Positions 20,638-29,176 of a stretch of DNA of 32,950 nucleotides are shown here, piece after piece. This DNA comes from a virus, in the IMG/VR virus record IMGVR_UViG_3300010429_000248, one strand, 5' to 3'. The notes beneath the pieces are model-generated. The model was not told where the DNA came from, did no database searches, and saw only the letters and a program-made list of their open reading frames with translations. Position numbers and translations under genes: made by a program. The number at the start of each line of letters is the position of its first letter. Within the stretch, counting starts at the first letter, position 1.

Positions 20638-22319
20638 GCCCAAGCCTCCATCAATTCAAACGCCGTCCTCACGTCAGCCGCGTTAGCGGTGGTCGGCATG
20701 TTCAAAGTGTAATAATTCGTAATCGAATCCCCCATTGCGCCAACCTGGTTGTTCGCAACGATCCTCCCAGTCGTGTCAGGCACAAACAACTCCGGCCCGC
20801 GTTCACCGACCAGATAAGGCGTATTGCCGAACGCCACGCCGCCGGTCGCCAGTCCGGTTGTTCCGCCGCCGCTCCAGCTCCAAGTGTCTGTCGGCGCGTT
20901 TGGCAGACTGCCGGTGGTTGTAATCACAATGTCAATGTTGTATTGCTTTTCGAGGTCGTTTAGCTTGCCTTGCAGCTCGTCAACCAATCCCTGAGCGTCA
21001 ATAACTGACTGTTGCATTGGTAGAAACACACCATCAAACGCCGATAGTGCTGCAGCAGCTCCTTCAGGATTTTCAATTAGCGTCTTGAGTAGGTCTGGAA
21101 TTGCCAGTTCCATTTTGTATTCGACAGCGTATGAAGTGCCGGCATACTTGTCGAGTATTTCCAACCGGCTGATTAAATCTTCGCCCTCTAATCCAGCGTC
21201 CTTCAACCCTTGCACGAGGTCGCTTGCAACGCCCTGGCGGAACGTTGAAATCGACACGTTCAAATCAAGCTGCGCGTCAATCAAGCCTTCTTCGAGCACC
21301 TTTTTCTGGTCTTCGTAGGCTTGAGTGATCGCTTCGATCTTTGCCTTAGCTAACACGGACTCAACCCCAACATCGGTTGTGGATGATGCCAGATTGTCGG
21401 CTGCAACCGCCGACCCGTTCATTGCCGCAGCATAAGCGTCGTGACTTGCTTTTACATCGTACAACTGTTCAGAACTGGTCAATGCCATCTCGTTGAGCAT
21501 TGCCATCGAGTCCGCAGTTGTCATGTTGCGGTTGTAGATTTTCTTCATTGAATTGTCGTATTCAGTAGAAGAAATCTTGCCGAGCTTGACCAATTCGGTT
21601 AGATTGTCGCCAACCATTTTGCGCATACCGGTAATGTCGCCGGAAGCGGTCATTTGTTTCAATGTGCTGGTTAGTCCAGGCAACACCGCTTTACCAAATT
21701 CATTTTTGAATCCAGTCCAAGCATCCCCCGCATTGTCTAATCCGTCTTTTAGTTCTTTTGCATCCTGCGCCGCCGCTTCGGTTACAACCAGGCTATCATC
21801 AATAGCTGCCGTGCCTTCACGAATAGCGTCACCGCCAGCGAGTAAGAACGGCATCATGTCCGCGTAGCTTTTACCGAATATCTTCGATGCAATTGACGCA
21901 CGTTGAGCAGGATCTTCAATTGCCAGCAACTCATCAGACAATAGCGCAATGTTCTCAATGGTTGGCAAGAATCCGTTCTTGAGCGCCAATTCCATTGAAC
22001 GTTGCATCGTCTCAACTGGAACGCGGAAGTCATCTGCGGCCTGCGCCAGCCGACTCATTTCTTCAGTAGTTATGCCTGCTAACTGTGCGGATAAGCGCAT
22101 TGAGTCCGCATAGTCAGCCCAATCCATTACTGATGATTTAATGAACTTGCCCGCTGCTCCGACTGCGGCAGTTAGTGAAACAAGTCCCGCGATCTGTTTG
22201 ACAATGCTACCGCCAAAGCTCTCAAGTGAACCCTTAGCGTCACTCAGCCCTTTTTGCAGACCGCTTGTATCAGCGCCAATCGTGGCGAACAGCGTCGCAA
22301 TGTTAATCCCGCCAGCCAT
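20634..22319 (-). CDS. Tape measure protein
   Basis: 561 aa, helical and rich in Ala, Leu, Asp and Gly. It lies immediately downstream of the frameshifted chaperone pair. Confidence 0.8.
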   Translation of the reverse strand: MAGGINIATLFATIGADTSGLQKGLSDAKGSLESFGGSIVKQIAGLVSLTAAVGAAGKFIKSSVMDWADYADSMRLSAQLAGITTEEMSRLAQAADDFRVPVETMQRSMELALKNGFLPTIENIALLSDELLAIEDPAQRASIASKIFGKSYADMMPFLLAGGDAIREGTAAIDDSLVVTEAAAQDAKELKDGLDNAGDAWTGFKNEFGKAVLPGLTSTLKQMTASGDITGMRKMVGDNLTELVKLGKISSTEYDNSMKKIYNRNMTTADSMAMLNEMALTSSEQLYDVKASHDAYAAAMNGSAVAADNLASSTTDVGVESVLAKAKIEAITQAYEDQKKVLEEGLIDAQLDLNVSISTFRQGVASDLVQGLKDAGLEGEDLISRLEILDKYAGTSYAVEYKMELAIPDLLKTLIENPEGAAAALSAFDGVFLPMQQSVIDAQGLVDELQGKLNDLEKQYNIDIVITTTGSLPNAPTDTWSWSGGGTTGLATGGVAFGNTPYLVGERGPELFVPDTTGRIVANNQVGAMGDSITNYYTLNMPTTANAADVRTAFELMEAWA

Positions 22320-22322
22320 TAG

Positions 22323-22753
22323 TTATTTCCTTTTCGATAGCGTTTTGTTCGCTTTACTCTTAGCATCGCGCACCTGTATCCATTCCGCAAAGTCCTGCAC
22401 CGACAGCGCGTCTACAATCTCAAGCGTCCAACCGGTTTCCTTGACCATTTCCCAGCGCCAGTATTCCCAGGGGACGCCAGCGTTCCCGATTAGTCCGAGG
22501 TAGACGCGCCCGCCAAGTTTTTTGACGTGGTAGTGTCAATCGCTTCCTTGAAGGACTCGAACAAACCAGTCGCAATCCGCCGATAATCAACCGGTGAAAG
22601 ATCAGTCAATTCATCGGCGGTCATGCCGACTATCTTGGCAACGATCAGGTCGTTGGTGTCCTCGTCGGTTGACTTATCGAGCAGGAGTCGCCATTCCTTT
22701 TGAGAAATGGCGCTCCAGTCGTATTTGATAATCGCTCCATTGGTTAGTTCCAC
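22323..22753 (-). CDS. Tail assembly chaperone -1 frameshift product (GT-like)
   Basis: After a -1 slip at A_AAA_AAC, the frame stays open: ...KKLGGRVYLGLIGNAGVPWEYWRWEMVKETGWTLEIVDALSVQDFAEWIQVRDAKSKANKTLSKRK. It ends at a TAA 3 nt before the tape-measure ATG. Confidence 0.7.
22490..22753 (-). CDS. Tail assembly chaperone (G-like)
   Basis: 87 aa, acidic, lying between the tail tube and tape-measure genes. It contains the slippery heptamer near its 3' end. Confidence 0.75.
   Translation of the reverse strand: MELTNGAIIKYDWSAISQKEWRLLLDKSTDEDTNDLIVAKIVGMTADELTDLSPVDYRRIATGLFESFKEAIDTTTSKNLAGASTSD
22517..22523 (-). promoter_or_regulatory. Slippery heptamer A_AAA_AAC for the -1 programmed frameshift
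   Basis: The minus strand reads acg tcA AAA AAC ttg in the zero frame of the chaperone gene. Confidence 0.7.
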
Positions 22754-22754
22754 G

Positions 22755-23159
22755 TTAGCTCCAAGCGCCGTTGCTTACGAACGTGCAGCTAATTGCGATC
22801 ACGTCTGAGTAAGGCGTGTCAAGGCTCGGACCCGTCACGATTGCAGGATAGGTGCGCAACAGGTTGCCAGTCGCAGTACCTTCAGGATAGACAAGCAGCG
22901 TGCCTTCATTGCCAGCCGCAAGTGCGCCCATGATTGCTGTGCCAGCCGTGCCTTTAGGGTACAAGCCGGAATAGCTGATCGAAGCGCTTTTGATGGTCGG
23001 AATAGACGTGGTGTGCGTGTCATTCCCTGCGGTAGTGTCGGCAAGGTTGACCGATTCCGAGATGCTAATTGAGCGATAATCGCCGTTCAGTGCGACCGTT
23101 CCTCCGGTCCAAACCCAGCTAATAATCGCTGCTTTTCCAGTAATATTGTTTTCAGCCAT
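22755..23159 (-). CDS. Major tail tube protein
   Basis: 134 aa, lying immediately upstream of the chaperone pair. The call rests on position. Confidence 0.6.
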   Translation of the reverse strand: MAENNITGKAAIISWVWTGGTVALNGDYRSISISESVNLADTTAGNDTHTTSIPTIKSASISYSGLYPKGTAGTAIMGALAAGNEGTLLVYPEGTATGNLLRTYPAIVTGPSLDTPYSDVIAISCTFVSNGAWS

Positions 23160-23192
23160 TTGTAAAGTCCTCCAATTTGATTAGTTGATTGT

Positions 23193-23600
23193 TTAATCTA
23201 AGCGAACGCGATAATATGCGCCGCAAGTCCACGTTGTTTTGCCTGCTTCGTCTAATTCAGGCATGAATATCTCTTCCTCACGCGCCAGCCAATAATTGCT
23301 CCAGCCCGTTACGGTCAAGTTTGTTTGCATGAGTGACGCGACCAGCCCGTCAATTGTTGCCGCCTGCTTTGCGGTCGCCGCATAACTGCGGACATATACC
23401 ACCTCATTCACGCTCGTGTTCGGTGTCATGTTCTCAGCCCCGCCGCCTGAATACGACCAGATCACGAACGGCAATGCTTTGTCTTCAGGCGCGTAACCGT
23501 GATAAATAGCCGTGCCGCCTAATGCCGAAACAAGCGCCGTGCCACCGGTCAGCCTGGTGTTGATAGCCGAGTTCAATGCGTTAAAAGGTGAGAGCGTCAT
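23193..23600 (-). CDS. Tail terminator / tail completion protein (DUF3168-like)
   Basis: 135 aa, upstream of the tube gene. YHGYAPEDKALPFVIWSYSGGG resembles gpU/DUF3168-type proteins, from memory. Confidence 0.45.
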   Translation of the reverse strand: MTLSPFNALNSAINTRLTGGTALVSALGGTAIYHGYAPEDKALPFVIWSYSGGGAENMTPNTSVNEVVYVRSYAATAKQAATIDGLVASLMQTNLTVTGWSNYWLAREEEIFMPELDEAGKTTWTCGAYYRVRLD

Positions 23601-23914
23601 CGCCAGGGCGTCCTTTTAGATGGCGTTCCTCGCCGGTCTGAGCGCGGGTAAAATGTGGGGGTTGTTCTCGCTGGCGCAGGTCTCGCTGGCGCGGGTCTCG
23701 TTATTGCAGGTCTGCTTGCCGGCGGTCTCGTAGGTCCAGCAATTAGCCTTCGAGCTGGAACAGATCTTCGCGCTGGTGTTGCCGCGCGGGTTATTGGCGC
23801 GCGCCTTGTAAAAGTCGATGTAATCCTTCGCAAGGTTGGCGAGTAACTATGGGTCGTGATTGTTGCCCTATTTGACGGTCTGCGCCTTGTTACATTGATT
23901 GTCGGATATGGCAT
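23597..23914 (-). CDS. Doubtful ORF (Arg/Pro/Thr-rich, 105 aa); the true coding frame of this insert is unresolved
   Basis: It has an ATG with GAGGA 3 nt upstream and an ATGA overlap at its end. However, 23 of 105 residues are Arg, mostly AGA/AGG/CGA codons that are rare in neighbouring genes. An alternative frame has normal codon usage (see findings). Confidence 0.3.
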   Translation of the reverse strand: MPYPTINVTRRRPSNRATITTHSYSPTLRRITSTFTRRAPITRAATPARRSVPARRLIAGPTRPPASRPAITRPAPARPAPARTTPTFYPRSDRRGTPSKRTPWR

Positions 23915-23930
23915 TAATCCTCACTTTCTG

Positions 23931-24260
23931 TCATTTCACAACGCCCTTTTTCAAGCGTTCGATGAATAGTTGTTGCTCCGCTTCTACCGCCGGCTTCAGG
24001 TAAGGTTGAGCCGCCATGCGTGACGTGCCAAGCTCCACGTAAGCCGCATATTCGGCGGTAAATTCCACGTTCACAAAGCCGGACGAAGCGTACTCTGCAT
24101 TGACATTGCCAGTGCTTTTCAGGAAGCCAGTTCTACGAGGTGCTTTTTCTACCGCAATACCCAACACGTGGAACGCCGTTGCTCTGACAACCTGATCCCG
24201 ATTACCAGGCACTTGCGCAATCAGCTCATTCAGCTTGGTCGTGTCAATGCTGACGCTCAT
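23931..24260 (-). CDS. HK97 gp10-like head-tail joining protein
   Basis: MSVSIDTTKLNELIAQVPGN...RRTGFLKST...AEYAAYVELGTSRMAAQPYLKPA is the typical gp10-family pattern. Trimmed to the ATG at 24260. Confidence 0.65.
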   Translation of the reverse strand: MSVSIDTTKLNELIAQVPGNRDQVVRATAFHVLGIAVEKAPRRTGFLKSTGNVNAEYASSGFVNVEFTAEYAAYVELGTSRMAAQPYLKPAVEAEQQLFIERLKKGVVK

Positions 24261-24262
24261 GC

Positions 24263-24625
24263 TCACGAAACACGCTCCAATTCCGCCCGCACGACTGCCT
24301 TCCACGACTGCCCATCATTGACGCTCAATACCGCGTAAGTGCGCCCATCCGCCGAAATGCGGTTGGTCGTGTCAAGCTCCGTATCATAAGGCAGACTCAA
24401 TACCGCTTTCGAATAAGGCTGCACCACGCCGCCAGCCATTGTTTCTGTTCCAGAACGATAGTCAATCCGGCAAGCCACCGATGCGGTTGCCGTGCCCCAC
24501 GCTTCGGTCAATCCGCCTTCACCATCGCCGGTATACGTCACCGCCAGAATAGAGCAAGTGTCAGGCAGCAGGTTGCCAATGTCGGACCGCATTTGTGCCA
24601 GTTCAGCATCGGTTAGCCAACTCAT
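24263..24625 (-). CDS. Head closure / head-tail adaptor protein
   Basis: 120 aa. Gene order and a pattern like the SPP1 gp16/HK97 gp9 class (LPDTCSI...YRSGTE...). Confidence 0.5.
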   Translation of the reverse strand: MSWLTDAELAQMRSDIGNLLPDTCSILAVTYTGDGEGGLTEAWGTATASVACRIDYRSGTETMAGGVVQPYSKAVLSLPYDTELDTTNRISADGRTYAVLSVNDGQSWKAVVRAELERVS

Positions 24626-25197
24626 ATATCGTCCCTCACAATCTTGACCGTCTGTATGCTTTCGCTTGAGCTGCGTGCCTGGTAGAACGCGGCCATGTCA
24701 AGGAACGCCTTCGCTTGATGTGAACGCTTGACGTTGTGCCCGTCGGTTGACCAGTCGACCTTCTCAGCCGCGTGTGACGCCTTGACGCGCCAGATATCAG
24801 CCGCCGCCGCGTTCAGGTCGTAAGCGAAACCGCTCCACCACAACGACTTACCCGCCTGATCGGTCGCGAACGTTGCAATGCCCCGCGCGTAATCCATCGA
24901 AGTTGGCGTGACTGTGCCACTTACGTCCTCAACTTTGAATACCGCCGTGCCACCTTCAATGTTAGGAACGTCGGTTCTGTATTGCGTGTAAACCGGCGAA
25001 CCGCCTGAGTACGAAACTACCGGCGTCATGTCAGCGTGGATATATTCAACCTTATGGCGGTCAAGCACATTCTGGATTTGAATGTCATCCCAATAGTTTG
25101 TAATACTGGAATCGGTCGTAACCGTCCACTCAGTCGCGCCGGCGTTGGCATAGCCGCGTACCGTGTCAATTAATGTCTGCATCCCTGTTCGTGCCAT
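24622..25197 (-). CDS. Hypothetical virion protein in the head-tail connector position
   Basis: 191 aa, the first structural gene after the modification cassette. No motif recognised. Confidence 0.5.
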   Translation of the reverse strand: MARTGMQTLIDTVRGYANAGATEWTVTTDSSITNYWDDIQIQNVLDRHKVEYIHADMTPVVSYSGGSPVYTQYRTDVPNIEGGTAVFKVEDVSGTVTPTSMDYARGIATFATDQAGKSLWWSGFAYDLNAAAADIWRVKASHAAEKVDWSTDGHNVKRSHQAKAFLDMAAFYQARSSSESIQTVKIVRDDI

Positions 25198-25198
25198 T

Positions 25199-25951
25199 TC
25201 ACCTCATGCTTTCAGCGAGCCACTTGTCGCGGTTACGCTCTTCCCGCCAGCCGATATGGTATCCACTATGTCCTGCGCAGCGGTAGCAGGATGCCGGTGT
25301 ATCGGGTTGATTCAAATAATTCGATAATGCCTGTTCCGTTAGCCCTTTCACTTTGATGCCGTCCGCTTCTTTTGCCAGTCCTAAGATCAACTCAGGGATG
25401 AACGGGCTTGTGCAGCACCTGTAGAAGTAACCGTTATCCAGCACCCGGCAATAAGTGCGATACCAGCAGCCTTTATATATTCCAGCCGCCTCTGCATCGC
25501 TTGCCGTGCGTTTGTACAGCAGGGTCGTAAAGTCATCCCGCCCGTTCTTGACGCGCAAAACCTTTCCATGTTCGGCGCATTTAGCCTGCACAAAATCCAA
25601 ATCCACCGGCTTGCCAGGGTACAGCGTCAAGTCAATCTCATCCGCAAGTTGCCAGAACGTTTCAGTCATTGCCCTCAAGCGCGCGCCGTTCGTCCAAACT
25701 TCGATAATGTCAACCGTGCCGCTTTCGCGTACAGCCTTCAGCACCGCGTCAATGTCAGGGTGCAGGGTGGGTTCGCCGCCGATTGCCGCCCAACGGCTGA
25801 TATGCGCCACCCTTCCAAAGTCGCGCAGGTCGCGCCCGACTTGCTCCGCGCTCAAGCGTTCGCCCTTTTGCATCGGGATAAAGTGATTGCACCCGATACA
25901 GGCGTTCTGGCAAGCCAGCGTGATATTCGTTTCAACGTGTTCTATCAGCAT
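25199..25951 (-). CDS. Radical SAM enzyme with a Cys-rich C-terminal auxiliary (SPASM/twitch-like) region
   Basis: CQNACIGC (CxxxCxxC) at residues 14-21 and a GGEPTLHP SAM-binding motif. The C-terminal cysteines are GCWYRTYCRVLDNGYFYRCC...CYRCAG. Confidence 0.8.
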   Translation of the reverse strand: MLIEHVETNITLACQNACIGCNHFIPMQKGERLSAEQVGRDLRDFGRVAHISRWAAIGGEPTLHPDIDAVLKAVRESGTVDIIEVWTNGARLRAMTETFWQLADEIDLTLYPGKPVDLDFVQAKCAEHGKVLRVKNGRDDFTTLLYKRTASDAEAAGIYKGCWYRTYCRVLDNGYFYRCCTSPFIPELILGLAKEADGIKVKGLTEQALSNYLNQPDTPASCYRCAGHSGYHIGWREERNRDKWLAESMR

Positions 25952-26586
25952 GAGTAGTCCATGACCTCAAGCGTCTCAAAGTACATTTCCGGCAAGTTGT
26001 ACATGCCAAAGTGCGGCAAGGTTCCAGCGCCGGGCCTGATACTTTCGTACCGCGCGGCAATGGCTTCCCGCTCCGCGCGCGACTTGACAAGGAACTTGTG
26101 ATGCTCAATGGGGAACGGTACTAATTGCCCCGTTCCGTACGGGCTGCCAACGTGGATCTCATTGCGCCCGCCCGACTTCGCACGCGTGCTCAAGCGCGTC
26201 TGATAATCAGGCAGCAGCGCGGGTAGGAAATGCCGCTCGTCACCCCAAAGGTAAGGGCGCACGAAGGCGAACACTTCGCCAGCCTCGTACCATTCAGCCG
26301 CCAGCCAGTCAAGTAGGGCGATGCTGATTGTTTCATCATCATCGAGCCGCAGGATGTAATCACCCGTGCAATGTTTCAGCACCTCATCCAGAACACTCTC
26401 GATGTAGCCCTTGCTTTTCACCCTCACAACCACGTCTGCCAGCGCCTCAATGGCTTTAGGCGCGCTTTCGCGGTCAATGCCGATAACCAGTTCAGCACCC
26501 AGCGCGTCCGCGTCTTTGCGCATACGGGCAATAAACCTTTCGGCGTGTGCCTCGCAATTAGTGACGGTGACAATGGATAGACTCAT
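25945..26586 (-). CDS. Glycosyltransferase, GT-A fold (family 2-like)
   Basis: MSLSIVTVTN... N-terminal Rossmann-like strand and an LRLDDDE DxD motif. 213 aa. Confidence 0.6.
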   Translation of the reverse strand: MSLSIVTVTNCEAHAERFIARMRKDADALGAELVIGIDRESAPKAIEALADVVVRVKSKGYIESVLDEVLKHCTGDYILRLDDDETISIALLDWLAAEWYEAGEVFAFVRPYLWGDERHFLPALLPDYQTRLSTRAKSGGRNEIHVGSPYGTGQLVPFPIEHHKFLVKSRAEREAIAARYESIRPGAGTLPHFGMYNLPEMYFETLEVMDYSC

Positions 26587-27041
26587 GCTTGTTTCCTTAG
26601 CACGTAGCCGATGTTCGACCTGTTATCGCGCCGTTCGACTGATTCAACCGTCCACCATTTGTTTTGTGGGAAGTAGAATTTGCCATAATTAGCGTGATAA
26701 TCCGTGCGGCTATCCCAGTAATCAAAGGTGTGTTCGTGGAACAGTTTGCGGTGGGTCGGGTCAATGTGCGAGTTTTCGTGATCCCATGCTGGCAAGCGCA
26801 AAACCAGCGTTCCATCCGGTACGAGTATGCGCCAACACTCAACCAGCCACTCGCTAATATCGACCTTCAAGTGCTCCATAACGTCAAGCGCGATGATTTT
26901 GTCAAACTCTTCATCGCCCCAAATCCAGGGCATTACTTCCAAATCCCATACGATGTCTACAAAGTCAGAGTGCTTTTCCTTGTCGTGGTTGACCGCACCT
27001 TCTATCGGTCTGATTCCGCAGCCTAATTGAAGTGTGCTCAT
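26583..27041 (-). CDS. Class I SAM-dependent methyltransferase
   Basis: Motif I LQLGCG, with IALDVMEHL and LVPDGTLVL (Methyltransf_11/23-like). Confidence 0.75.
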   Translation of the reverse strand: MSTLQLGCGIRPIEGAVNHDKEKHSDFVDIVWDLEVMPWIWGDEEFDKIIALDVMEHLKVDISEWLVECWRILVPDGTLVLRLPAWDHENSHIDPTHRKLFHEHTFDYWDSRTDYHANYGKFYFPQNKWWTVESVERRDNRSNIGYVLRKQA

Positions 27042-28222
27042 GCTTTCACCGCCTGCTCGAAACTGGTAGCCGACTTGTCCTTGATAATCTGCTCCATCTC
27101 TTTCAGTACCGGCTTCCAGTATTGGCGTGTCACATCATCGGCATCGTAAGGCAACGCGCCCCGTCTTGCCTGATTGCGCAACTCGTAATCACCTTTCGCT
27201 GCGTAAGCCTGCTCCATTCGGTCATAGATCGCCGCTGTGGTCGCCTGCCATTGGAACGCGTCAAAGTAATCGTGATAAACCGGCAGCGCCTCTGCTTTGT
27301 CAATCTTCCAGCCTGCAAAACATAACTCGCTCATCGAAGTCCAGTCGCCAACAATCACCGGTGTTCCGCAAGCCTGCGCTTCGAGAATCGGAATACCAAA
27401 CCCTTCGCCCAATGCCACGTTAGTCAACACGTCCATTCCGTTGTAAGCATCAACCATGTACTCATCAGGAAATCCGAGCCCGTAATGGTACGGATCGCAA
27501 AACACAACGTCCTCGCCAAGTTTCAGCCCCATCCGTTTGATGAATTTCGGCAGGTTCACAACCTCCCCGCCGTTCAAACCTGCGTCTGTATGCAGATACA
27601 TCATCGTGTCGGGGTGTTCGTGATGCAAAGCGGCAAATGCGGCAATTTGCTCATAGAACGCCTTGCGAGAAGGATTGCCCTTGTTCGCTGCGACCATTCC
27701 AACAATGAACTTATCCTGTGGCCATTCCAGGTGTTCGCGTGCCTCTTGTCTGTCTAACGGCTTGAACACTTTCGTGTCAACCGCGTGCGGAATGTACCAA
27801 GCGTCCAGACCTGCCATTTCGCACATCCGCTTGCCAAACTTGCTCATTGCGATTACTTTGGTTGCCTTCCTTGCCGATGCCAGCACGTTTTCCGGCATTG
27901 GCTCGTGGTCTATCGGAAACCAGGGAAACCAGGGCATCGGTATGTTTTCAGACTGAACGACCCAAATATCGAGCAGAGTAATGACCGCGTCTGCTTGATC
28001 CCAAACCGCGTGAGCACCGATAACATCTTGCCCGTATGGGTGTTTGAATGACGGATAGACCTTGATCCCGTTGACATTCAACACACCGCTTTGCACGCCA
28101 AAAAAGGCTGTGATAGAGATACCTCCGTCAAGCAGTTTCGCAAGACGAGGCACGAATGTTTTTGTTTGATTCCCATAGCCAGTACAAGCGGCTGGGCTGT
28201 TACTGAACCAGTTGATTCTCAT
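27038..28222 (-). CDS. Glycosyltransferase, GT-B fold (family 4/1-like)
   Basis: The EGFGIPILEAQACGTPVIV signature (E-x7-E). Trimmed to the ATG at 28222, with GGAGG 12 nt upstream. Confidence 0.8.
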   Translation of the reverse strand: MRINWFSNSPAACTGYGNQTKTFVPRLAKLLDGGISITAFFGVQSGVLNVNGIKVYPSFKHPYGQDVIGAHAVWDQADAVITLLDIWVVQSENIPMPWFPWFPIDHEPMPENVLASARKATKVIAMSKFGKRMCEMAGLDAWYIPHAVDTKVFKPLDRQEAREHLEWPQDKFIVGMVAANKGNPSRKAFYEQIAAFAALHHEHPDTMMYLHTDAGLNGGEVVNLPKFIKRMGLKLGEDVVFCDPYHYGLGFPDEYMVDAYNGMDVLTNVALGEGFGIPILEAQACGTPVIVGDWTSMSELCFAGWKIDKAEALPVYHDYFDAFQWQATTAAIYDRMEQAYAAKGDYELRNQARRGALPYDADDVTRQYWKPVLKEMEQIIKDKSATSFEQAVKA

Positions 28223-28324
28223 ATTGTTTTCAAGCCTCCAGCTTGCGCTCCGTTGGGGCAAGGAAGCGGTGGAGCGTGCCGTTTGTCGGGGTATACGCCC
28301 TATCCTTGCCCATCAAGTCAGTTG

Positions 28325-29164
28325 TTAGACAGACGTGCCCTTCAACTGCACGCCGTAGGTTGGTCGGTATACACCGTAGCCGTAGACCATCGAAGCGTTG
28401 AGTTCCCACGCGCCAACACCGGCGTATGAGGCATCCCATTGCGGGTTGATCGTGAATCCCTGACGAATGTCGAGGGCAAGTGCTTCCTTGCTGAACATTG
28501 CACCGATTGCGGCAGTACCGCTTGTGATGTTTGCGTCAACGAAGAAGTCCATATTGTCGAGAGAGGCTTGATAAAAGCCGCTCATAAAGCGATTCTTCAA
28601 GTCTTCGCTCTGCATGAGGGTCGGAACACCGGATGAAGCGGAAGTCAGGTAGTACCATTGCATCGGGTGGATCACGACCGAGTAACGACCGTAGATTTTG
28701 TTCCCGCGCATAACAGCCTGTGCGTTGAAGACGTTAGCCCAAGTCAAAGTGCCGCCTGCTGTTCCCACAGTGCCACCGGTCAAGCCAGCCAATGTACCGG
28801 CAAGGTTGGTATCAATGTGAGCAGCGGCGGTTTCGCCCAAGTAACGACCTGCGTCACGTTGTGCACCGGCAGGATCGCTCTTAATGCGGTTCATGGTCAG
28901 GCTAATCTGCTGACCATAGGTTGAAGGCGTGATTGTGCCCCCAGCGGTTGCGCTGAAGGTTTCAGCGGTCATATCCACAGTGCCAGCGATGGCGCTAAAA
29001 GTACCGCCGCTGTATTCGCCGTAGACGCGGGGTGCAAGACCCTGATAGTCGCCGAAAGTTGTTACCAATGGCGCAAGTACGTTGCCTTCCTGCGCGGTAA
29101 ATAGCGCAAGTTCGTAAACGTTTGCGACCAAAGTTTTGATGTCATCATAAGTTGATGCAGCCAT
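28325..29164 (-). CDS. Major capsid protein (HK97-fold expected)
   Basis: 279 aa, directly downstream of the scaffold gene, with AGGAG upstream. The composition and length are typical. The call rests on position and pattern. Confidence 0.75.
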   Translation of the reverse strand: MAASTYDDIKTLVANVYELALFTAQEGNVLAPLVTTFGDYQGLAPRVYGEYSGGTFSAIAGTVDMTAETFSATAGGTITPSTYGQQISLTMNRIKSDPAGAQRDAGRYLGETAAAHIDTNLAGTLAGLTGGTVGTAGGTLTWANVFNAQAVMRGNKIYGRYSVVIHPMQWYYLTSASSGVPTLMQSEDLKNRFMSGFYQASLDNMDFFVDANITSGTAAIGAMFSKEALALDIRQGFTINPQWDASYAGVGAWELNASMVYGYGVYRPTYGVQLKGTSV

Positions 29165-29176
29165 AATGTATTACTC

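Noticed and set aside
23655-23846. Plus-strand 63-aa Gly/Ala/Leu-rich ORF (GTG start) as a called CDS
   Set aside because: It is the exact antisense register of the codon-normal minus frame, so an RNY bias cannot separate them. It has no promoter or good RBS and sits alone against a 22-kb unidirectional operon. I keep it only as an alternative in the finding.
23847-23870. Genome-wide TAG reassignment (code 15-like) as the explanation for the in-frame ambers
   Set aside because: All long structural and replication ORFs are intact under the standard code, and TAG serves as the stop of the FmdB-like gene (10681-10683). Any readthrough would have to be local.
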